Below are positions 25,542-32,000 of a stretch of 32,000 bases of DNA, piece by piece. The notes beneath the pieces were generated by a model. It was given only the letters and a program-made list of their open reading frames with translations. It was not told the origin of the DNA and made no database searches. Positions within the stretch are counted from its first letter, which is position 1. Every line of letters begins with the position of its first letter. The DNA comes from Candidatus Nitrosopelagicus brevis (lineage in GTDB: Archaea > Thermoproteota > Nitrososphaeria > Nitrososphaerales > Nitrosopumilaceae): positions 779,107-811,106 of the forward strand of contig NZ_CP007026.1 of assembly GCF_000812185.1 (NCBI RefSeq), read 5' to 3'. Both the position numbers and the translations under genes were made by a program.

Positions 25542-28500
25542 TTACTCTAATGCCACGTATGATACTTTGTAATAGAATCTAGATGGTTGCTCATCTTTGA
25601 TGATTTCTACATTCCAGTTATCAATATCAATTTTAGAAGAAGAATTTTCAGGTACAATTGAGAATTTTTCTAATCTAACATCATCTCCACTGTATCTAAT
25701 TTTATAATTGATATCATCAATTGTAACAATTGAGTAAATTGCACCTGGTTTTCTAGTTGATTCAGTAACTAAACAGTCAGAACCTTGACCAATTACACAT
25801 TGACCATTTGAAGTAGTGATTCTTAGATTTACATCAGATTCTTCACCTCTGGCAGAAGTGAATAGTGAACCTTGGATTACACGAGGCGATAAAGTTGAAT
25901 CATCAGTAGATTTTTCAGTTAACACAATTGGAATTTTATCATCAGAAATTCTATTAAATTTTTCAATAATTTTTTTGGAAATAGTTGCTTCTGGTGCAGG
26001 TGTTCCAATAACTTCTGATTCATCTACTACAAAGAATGATTTTTCAAATTCACCGAAATGAGTGTCGACAACTATTGTGTATAATCCCAAAGGAGCATCT
26101 TTAGGTAATTTATAATTCCAGAAAAATCCAGGACCGCTAACACCTTCTTGGACTCTTATTTTCTTTTCAGAATTTCCAAATCCACATTGTTGACCTTCAA
26201 AGCAGTTAATTTCTGAAACATTAGGTAGATCTACTCTTACAGATACGCTATCATAATAATAGATATTATTTATTTTTCCAGAAATTCGAACTGTATCACC
26301 AGAAGTGAATTCATCCTTTTCCAAGTTTACAGATATTGATGGTTCTAATCCACCTTTTAATGAAGTGTCAATAATTTTCACAGAGGTCTCATCGTGATGA
26401 CCAAAATAATCAGCTTTTACTGCATAAATACCATCTTTGAAGACACCTGCACGTAATTCAAATACTGTTGCATAATTTCCATTATCGTCAGGATATGCCT
26501 TGTACCGCATATCAGTTAGAAGTATTTTTTGTTGTTTCATTAAGATAGTACCGTCATATCCAGTTCGTTTTGCATCATCAGTTCGAGATGTTTTCTTGTC
26601 TTCATCTCCACGAATAATATTTCCATCTTCATCCTCATAATATGCACCGCCAGTGCCTGTACCACCACCGCCAGTGTAATTCTCATCTGCATCAGGCACT
26701 GTTGTTACACTTGAAGCACCAGAAACAGTCATTGAACGAGGATAAGGTATTGAAACTTCAACATAGTTCATCATTGCGGTATTATAATTAGTACTGTAAG
26801 AATGACCAGTAGAAGTTTGAGAATCTGAATCTCTATCGGCATATGTAGATGTCAAGGATCTTGCATCTTTTGGAATTACTTTTCCAGTTACAACTAATTT
26901 ATCACCAACATTAAATTTTAGATTTTCACCACATACAACAGATTCCATGGAAGGTGCAATTTCACCTTTACCTATACTTTTCAAATCTTTTAGGATTTCA
27001 TCAACATGTGCACGATTACTTTTACAGATTTCCATAGTAAGTGGCTCTTGAGATTCAACTTCAGGAATAATATCAGATTGTGCAGATTTTATTTCAAATG
27101 TAATGGATTCAGATGTACCAGAAATTTGATGTAAAGCATTTGCAGTATAAATTCCATAATCAAATTGTATTGGATGTAATACAACATCCACTTCATAACC
27201 TCCTACAGAGTCAGGATATGCAGTGAATACTATAGGCGTTGTTATTTTGCCATTAGTTCCTTTTGCTGCTTCATTACTTGCATTGTTTTTGTCAAAAACA
27301 TAATTTACCGTAGTTCCAGAAGAATCAGTGAAAGTTATTTCTACAGAATTACGCATACTGTTACCAATTTCGGCTTGGTGATAATCCAAAATTTTTCCAG
27401 TCAATGATAAACTGGAGCCTAGTACATAGCTAGATTTATCCATTTTTAACCCAAGTGGAGTTCTAACATCAACAAATGATTCAGGATCCTCAACAACTTT
27501 GAAAGATGTGGTTCCATCTCCAAAGTATTCAGAAACAACTATTTTGTAATCACCAAATGAGCTTGCATAATTTTCATCAGCAGAACTATTTTCAACGATT
27601 TTAAATTCATATTCAAAAGTTCCATCTCCATTCAATCTTACTCTATCCTGTAAATCAAATGGATCAGGTGCGAGGTATCTTGCATCTGAACCTATAGCAG
27701 ATGATGACAAAATACCGGTTTGCATAACACGTAATTCAAGATCTTCAACCCAAATGTCATTACTCCTACCAGTGACTTTTATGATATCACCAACAGCATA
27801 GATTTCTTTGTCAGTTGATATTGAAATTAAAACATCTTCTTTAACATCTTCAGATAAGACAAAACTAGTACTTGTGTTTATGACATCTTCAGATGAATAA
27901 TAAAGAGGATTTTGAGATTTGTAAGTACCTTCAATTGTATATGTGCCATAAACAGGATTTACAGTTTCCATAAATAATTGAGTTGAAAATGCAAATAACT
28001 CTCCTGCACCATGCTGAAATACTTTTGAGAATTTTTCATTTGGGAAGATTGTTCCTTCAAAAATAATTTCTTGATTTGGATTGGTTACAGTGTAATCTAA
28101 TCCACCATACTGTATTTCAGAATTAGTATCGGCAAATAATATTACAGTTTCGCCAGGAATATAAGATTCCTTATCGGTAGAAATTTCTAAATTATTTTTT
28201 GTAGATTCAGATATAGATGAATCATCTTCATTATTTAGAGTGAAATTTAGTTCGGAGGTGTATTCACCATAAGAAACTTTTACATCATAACTACCCTGGT
28301 TAAAACCTAAAACTTTTTGAAGATTCAATGTTGTTGAAAAACCTAGATCTCGATCAGGAAATAGAGCAAGATTTTTGAAATAATTTGGGCCTTGTATGTT
28401 GATTTTTATCATCTCAGGGGTAGATAAGCTAGTAAACAATTCTTCAGATACAGATCCAGCAATTGTTACAGTTTCATTAAAAACGTATTCAGTGCCACCA

Positions 28501-29030
28501 AGAGTTGCAGATAGAGAAAATATACTTTCTTCAGTTTCAACAAGTTTCCCATTTGATGATTTTGGAGTCATTCGTTTCAACTCCCAATCAGAATTAGAGT
28601 CTGTATCGAATCCATCAGTAGTTCTTTGCCATGAAAAATTATTATTTTCTAAATCTTCAATTAATGGAGTCTCATCAATTAGATTACCAGATGTATCACT
28701 AAGTGTAATAGTTTCACCAAAGTCTTTAAACCAAAAATTGACATGTGTGAAAGCAGCAAATGAATTTGAACTAATTATTGTACCATCAGGAATTTCATAT
28801 GCCTTCCAAGTTGCAGAAGGAGATATTGTCCATCCACTAACATCAATATCTATTGATGTCGGATTATAAAGTTCTACAAATTCAGATGTGTCAGAACCAG
28901 GAGGATTAGTTTCAACTTCATTAATCAAAATTTGAGAATCAAAGGAGCTTTGTGACATTCCAGGGGTGATAGTACCAGCTAGTAATAAAATCGCCATTAG
29001 GCCAAATAAAAGAGGATTTTTCAAATGCAT
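25542..29030 (-). CDS. Large secreted protein with an N-terminal lamin-tail-like domain and multiple beta-sandwich-type repeats
   Basis: Signal peptide MHLKNPLLFGLMAILLLAGTITPGMSQ. The LTD-like block is ILINEVETNPPGSDTSEFVELYNPTSIDIDVSGWTI. At least five modules begin with D/E-K-x-x-Y/F-x-x-G-D/E-x-h-x-h-x-G. No C-terminal TM. Confidence 0.75.
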   Translation of the reverse strand: MHLKNPLLFGLMAILLLAGTITPGMSQSSFDSQILINEVETNPPGSDTSEFVELYNPTSIDIDVSGWTISPSATWKAYEIPDGTIISSNSFAAFTHVNFWFKDFGETITLSDTSGNLIDETPLIEDLENNNFSWQRTTDGFDTDSNSDWELKRMTPKSSNGKLVETEESIFSLSATLGGTEYVFNETVTIAGSVSEELFTSLSTPEMIKINIQGPNYFKNLALFPDRDLGFSTTLNLQKVLGFNQGSYDVKVSYGEYTSELNFTLNNEDDSSISESTKNNLEISTDKESYIPGETVILFADTNSEIQYGGLDYTVTNPNQEIIFEGTIFPNEKFSKVFQHGAGELFAFSTQLFMETVNPVYGTYTIEGTYKSQNPLYYSSEDVINTSTSFVLSEDVKEDVLISISTDKEIYAVGDIIKVTGRSNDIWVEDLELRVMQTGILSSSAIGSDARYLAPDPFDLQDRVRLNGDGTFEYEFKIVENSSADENYASSFGDYKIVVSEYFGDGTTSFKVVEDPESFVDVRTPLGLKMDKSSYVLGSSLSLTGKILDYHQAEIGNSMRNSVEITFTDSSGTTVNYVFDKNNASNEAAKGTNGKITTPIVFTAYPDSVGGYEVDVVLHPIQFDYGIYTANALHQISGTSESITFEIKSAQSDIIPEVESQEPLTMEICKSNRAHVDEILKDLKSIGKGEIAPSMESVVCGENLKFNVGDKLVVTGKVIPKDARSLTSTYADRDSDSQTSTGHSYSTNYNTAMMNYVEVSIPYPRSMTVSGASSVTTVPDADENYTGGGGTGTGGAYYEDEDGNIIRGDEDKKTSRTDDAKRTGYDGTILMKQQKILLTDMRYKAYPDDNGNYATVFELRAGVFKDGIYAVKADYFGHHDETSVKIIDTSLKGGLEPSISVNLEKDEFTSGDTVRISGKINNIYYYDSVSVRVDLPNVSEINCFEGQQCGFGNSEKKIRVQEGVSGPGFFWNYKLPKDAPLGLYTIVVDTHFGEFEKSFFVVDESEVIGTPAPEATISKKIIEKFNRISDDKIPIVLTEKSTDDSTLSPRVIQGSLFTSARGEESDVNLRITTSNGQCVIGQGSDCLVTESTRKPGAIYSIVTIDDINYKIRYSGDDVRLEKFSIVPENSSSKIDIDNWNVEIIKDEQPSRFYYKVSYVALE

Positions 29031-29165
29031 GTACTACTCATATTCCTTTTTTTAACAATAATAGAATCAAATTGAGAAAAAGTTGATCCGTTTGTCAAAG
29101 TCTTATATCTTTTTGAGGTCAATATGAAAAATTAGGCATGAATCAGTATAAACCGCTCGTAGAAA

Positions 29166-29477
29166 TCATACATTTTTGAATTTTTTTCTGTCACATATTG
29201 GACATTTTTTATTTTCAATTTTTGAACCGCATTTTACACATATTCCTTCACCTACAGATTCTTCAATCATCTTTTTCCTACGTCCAACAAAAATACGAAT
29301 TCCAAAATATATGGTTAATGAGATGATTATTGCATAAATTGGAGGAAGTCCAACCCCCATCAACCCAATTAGAAAAAAAAGAACTCCAACAATTAATAGA
29401 AAATCTTTTCTTTTGAAAGCCAAGTAATGTTTCAATCTCACATATTGATAAAAAGTTAATGCCAAACTCAGAGCCAA
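29166..29477 (-). CDS. Small membrane protein with C-terminal zinc ribbon
   Basis: Two TM helices followed by CVKCGSKIENKKCPICD. TTG start, so the start position is uncertain. Confidence 0.5.
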   Translation of the reverse strand: MALSLALTFYQYVRLKHYLAFKRKDFLLIVGVLFFLIGLMGVGLPPIYAIIISLTIYFGIRIFVGRRKKMIEESVGEGICVKCGSKIENKKCPICDRKKFKNV

Positions 29478-29564
29478 TAGATTATTTCATTCAATTGTCC
29501 ATACTCTAACTCTTCTTCATCGTTCAGCGAATAATATCATAATTCTTTGTATAAATATGTAAAA

Positions 29565-29638
29565 TGGGAGCGGCGAGATTTGAACGCGCGACCTCTGCGT
29601 CCCAAACGCAGAATCATACCAAGCTAGACCACGCTCCC
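29565..29638 (-). tRNA. tRNA-Pro (anticodon UGG)
   Basis: The reverse complement folds as a cloverleaf. The acceptor stem GGGAGCG/CGCTCCC is perfect. The anticodon stem is CTGCG/CGCAG with loop TTTGGGA, giving anticodon TGG and G37. The T-loop is TTCAAAT. There is one C-U mismatch in the T stem, and no encoded CCA. Confidence 0.9.
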
Positions 29639-29660
29639 AGCGAACAAAAACAATTGCCCA

Positions 29661-29667
29661 ATTTAAA
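29661..29667 (-). promoter_or_regulatory. Candidate TATA box upstream of tRNA-Pro
   Basis: On the minus strand, tttaaat ends 22 nt upstream of the first tRNA nucleotide. This is the classic archaeal -26 position. Confidence 0.45.
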
Positions 29668-29703
29668 CAATAGAATCTTAACTGAGTAAATCAAACATAG
29701 CGT

Positions 29704-30597
29704 ATGGGACTTGAAGATTATATCAAAGCAGGAAAAATTGCAGGAGAAGTTAGAGAGAATGTTAGAAAAACAGATTGGGTTGGAAAAACGGTATATGAGA
29801 TTTGTGAACATGTAGAAGGAGAGATCAAAAAACGAGGGGCCAAATGCGCATTTCCTGTAAATACAAGTATTAACGAAGTAGCAGCACATTATACAGCAGA
29901 ACCAAATGATGAAATGACAATTACAGAAGATGATCTTGTAAAAATTGATCTTGGTGCACAAATTGATGGATACATTGCAGATACTGCGGTAACAGTTTGT
30001 TACAATCCAGAATTTGATACGCTTGTACAAGGTGCGGAATCTGCATTAAAAAATGCGATGTCAATGATGAAAACAGGAATTAAATCAAGTGATGTTGGAA
30101 GAACAATTGAGAAAACTATCAAAGAGTTAGGATTAATTCCAATTGCAAATCTAAGTGGACATTCTTTAGAACAGTATACAATTCACGCAGGAAAATCAGT
30201 TCCAAATATTTGGTCAATTGGTTCTTTTAATTTCCCAAGTGAACAAGCATTTGCGTGCGAGCCATTTGTGACAACAGGAGATGGGCTTGGATTTGTTCAC
30301 GAAGGAAAAGTGAAAAATATTTTCGCTCTAGCATCAAGAAAGAAAACTAAAGATAAAGAGGCAGATGAGATGTTAAATTACATATGGAGTAATTTCAATA
30401 TGTTACCATTTGCATTAAGATGGTTACTTGAAAAATGGGAAGAAAAGGATGCCAAACGAATTTTAGAAATTTTAGTGAAGAAAAAAGCAGTCCATGCATA
30501 TCCAGTACTAGTAGAGGGCAACGGTCAAAGAGTCGCTCAAGCAGAACACACATTCATTCCAAATGAGAATGGAGTGACAATAACCACTAATCCATAG
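29704..30597 (+). CDS. map: Type-2 methionine aminopeptidase
   Basis: 297 aa. KIDLGAQIDGYIADTAVT, GHSLEQYTIHAGKSVP and AQAEHTF carry the metal-ligand pattern of archaeal MetAP2. Confidence 0.9.
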   Translation: MGLEDYIKAGKIAGEVRENVRKTDWVGKTVYEICEHVEGEIKKRGAKCAFPVNTSINEVAAHYTAEPNDEMTITEDDLVKIDLGAQIDGYIADTAVTVCYNPEFDTLVQGAESALKNAMSMMKTGIKSSDVGRTIEKTIKELGLIPIANLSGHSLEQYTIHAGKSVPNIWSIGSFNFPSEQAFACEPFVTTGDGLGFVHEGKVKNIFALASRKKTKDKEADEMLNYIWSNFNMLPFALRWLLEKWEEKDAKRILEILVKKKAVHAYPVLVEGNGQRVAQAEHTFIPNENGVTITTNP

Positions 30598-30766
30598 TTA
30601 CGCCAAAAATTTTTGTGATAATCATTTTTCCATCACATTCAGAACAATTTTCAGCAGTAGAGAAAACAACATCACCATCAGTAAATTTTCTTTTTTTAAT
30701 GATTTTACATGAATTACACTCCGTAGAAGTATAACATGTAGAAATTTTATTTTTCGATTTGCTCAT
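30587..30766 (-). CDS. Zinc-ribbon miniprotein (59 aa)
   Basis: Hand translation: MSKSKNKISTCYTSTECNSCKIIKKRKFTDGDVVFSTAENCSECDGKMIITKIFGVTMD, with CNSC ... CSEC pairs. Its ATG overlaps the TGA of the upstream gene as ATGA. Confidence 0.55.
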   Translation of the reverse strand: MSKSKNKISTCYTSTECNSCKIIKKRKFTDGDVVFSTAENCSECDGKMIITKIFGVTMD

Positions 30767-31887
30767 TGTGAGACACCAATAGTATTTCCTACACCAATGA
30801 CAAGAATAGATTGACCAGAAGTAGTATTTTCTCGAATCATTTGATGAAGTTCATCTTTTACTGTTTTTGCACTATTTGCAATATCTTCAGTCATCAGAGT
30901 GATTGCCTCATGAATTGATTGTTTTACAACAAGAGCAAGAATTGGGATATTATTTCTGGTGGCAATTTCTTCTATTTTGAATCTCTCAGTTCCTATACCA
31001 CCAATTGCAGCGCCGAAACCTTTTGCGATAGATGCAGAATCTTCACCTTCAAGTTTTAATGATGCATCAATCATAATAACAAGATCAGGTTTTTTGATTG
31101 AGATTATTTTTTCAAGTCCATCACCTGGACGGCCAACAGTTGCATTTGGACCTTCAGCTTTCATTAAGAATAATTCTCTATCTTCAAAAGTTGTTTTTGA
31201 CCAGACTGTCTCAAATGCTGCTGATTCTTTAGTAGTACCCAACATCATTTGTCCGACAATCATTGGTCCAATACCATCACCAATTGGTTGGCCATTTTTG
31301 ATTGCAGGCATTGCATCTTTCAAAGCAAGAGCTTCTTCCATGATAAATGGAATCATCATTTGTAATGGCAAAATCAATGGGAAGTTTTTTTGTTTTTTTG
31401 CAGTGAGGTAAAGATGACGAGTATGTTTATGGAATAATTGTAATGTAGTAACTATTTCCAATAAATTTTGGAGTTTAGATAATTCCACAGATGACAAATT
31501 AGAGAACATTCCATTAATTTGTAATCGAATAAAGTCTTCCCTTGAACGAATCAGATGATTGATTTTTGTAATAATTCCATTAGGATCCATATCTACAGGC
31601 ATAATTGTGAAATAATCAAAAAAGCTGTCCAACTTTTTTGAAGGGTCAGATTTTGAGGTAAGATTATTTTTTACATAATTTAGAAAGTCCTTTTTTGTAG
31701 ATGTAGTGTATTCGTCTAGTTTTCCAATGTCTTTTTTAATTTCATTTGATGAAATCATAAGCTGTATTCGTTGTCCATAAAAAACAAAGATTATGACAGG
31801 GAGAATCCATATGAGCATCATTAGCGTGTCAGTGTCTTCACCAACCCATGCCAAAAATTCATCAAAATTATAACCTAAAATTTCCAA
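30763..31887 (-). CDS. Conserved archaeal protein, DUF1512-like, N-terminally membrane-anchored
   Basis: 374 aa. N-terminal TM LMMLIWILPVIIFVFYG, a helical middle section, and a C-terminal alpha/beta-looking domain (DLVIMIDASLKLEG ... ILVIGVGNTIG). Size and layout recall DUF1512; that assignment is from memory. The start is either TTG at 31887 or a downstream ATG. Confidence 0.55.
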   Translation of the reverse strand: MEILGYNFDEFLAWVGEDTDTLMMLIWILPVIIFVFYGQRIQLMISSNEIKKDIGKLDEYTTSTKKDFLNYVKNNLTSKSDPSKKLDSFFDYFTIMPVDMDPNGIITKINHLIRSREDFIRLQINGMFSNLSSVELSKLQNLLEIVTTLQLFHKHTRHLYLTAKKQKNFPLILPLQMMIPFIMEEALALKDAMPAIKNGQPIGDGIGPMIVGQMMLGTTKESAAFETVWSKTTFEDRELFLMKAEGPNATVGRPGDGLEKIISIKKPDLVIMIDASLKLEGEDSASIAKGFGAAIGGIGTERFKIEEIATRNNIPILALVVKQSIHEAITLMTEDIANSAKTVKDELHQMIRENTTSGQSILVIGVGNTIGVSQ

Positions 31888-32000
31888 TAATCAATTACTT
31901 TGATTTTGTAATTTAATCATATCCATGTAATTAAGAGTGAAAATGAGTCATTTCACGAGTATTTTTATTAATGATATTTTTTAAATTGTGATATGCCACA

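Noticed and set aside
28396-28869. A 157-aa plus-strand ORF inside the LTD protein gene, with similar cases at 25816..26061, 30959..31411, 6722..7153, 11097..11330 and 21376..21675
   Set aside because: All are antisense shadows of longer, motif-supported genes. None has a recognisable motif.
29614-30030. A 138-aa minus-strand ORF rich in Cys, Phe and Ile
   Set aside because: It overlaps both the tRNA-Pro gene and the motif-rich methionine aminopeptidase CDS, so it is an antisense artefact.
1-32000. A search for mobile elements, integrases, CRISPR-cas, toxin-antitoxin pairs or defence islands
   Set aside because: I recognised no transposase, integrase or Cas motifs, no terminal inverted repeats and no spaced repeat arrays. 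Gene content is predominantly housekeeping. tRNA-Pro has no adjacent integrase or direct repeat of its 3' end.

Overview
AT-rich, densely packed, intron-free window. The content looks archaeal: aSUI1/eIF1, Sec61-beta, Tsr3, type-2 methionine aminopeptidase, geranylgeranyl reductase, F420 genes cofD/cofC and an RNase P RNA. Composition and gene set resemble a Nitrosopumilus-like ammonia-oxidising thaumarchaeon; that assignment is inference, since no search was run. I support about 33 protein genes, four of them under 60 aa and so absent from the ORF track, plus one tRNA-Pro(UGG) and one RNase P RNA. The RNase P RNA lies under four spurious track ORFs. I saw no transposase, integrase, CRISPR array, prophage or recognisable defence island, so this reads as core chromosome rather than an accessory island. 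Five loci deserve a second look. (1) A four-gene Bat-like operon, MoxR-DUF58-VWA, ends in a 494-aa bitopic membrane protein with a roughly 130-residue Q/G-rich low-complexity domain encoded partly by 24-bp tandem repeats. (2) A minimal egtB/egtD ergothioneine pair is convergent, its stop codons overlap on a CTAG palindrome, and a CPAC-motif membrane protein sits alongside. (3) A 1162-aa secreted protein has an N-terminal lamin-tail-like domain and repeated beta-sandwich-type modules. (4) A surface protein has a tail encoded by three perfect 30-bp repeats. (5) A DUF1512-like gene is translationally coupled to a zinc-ribbon miniprotein. All family names come from motif recognition by eye and need HMM or BLAST confirmation.
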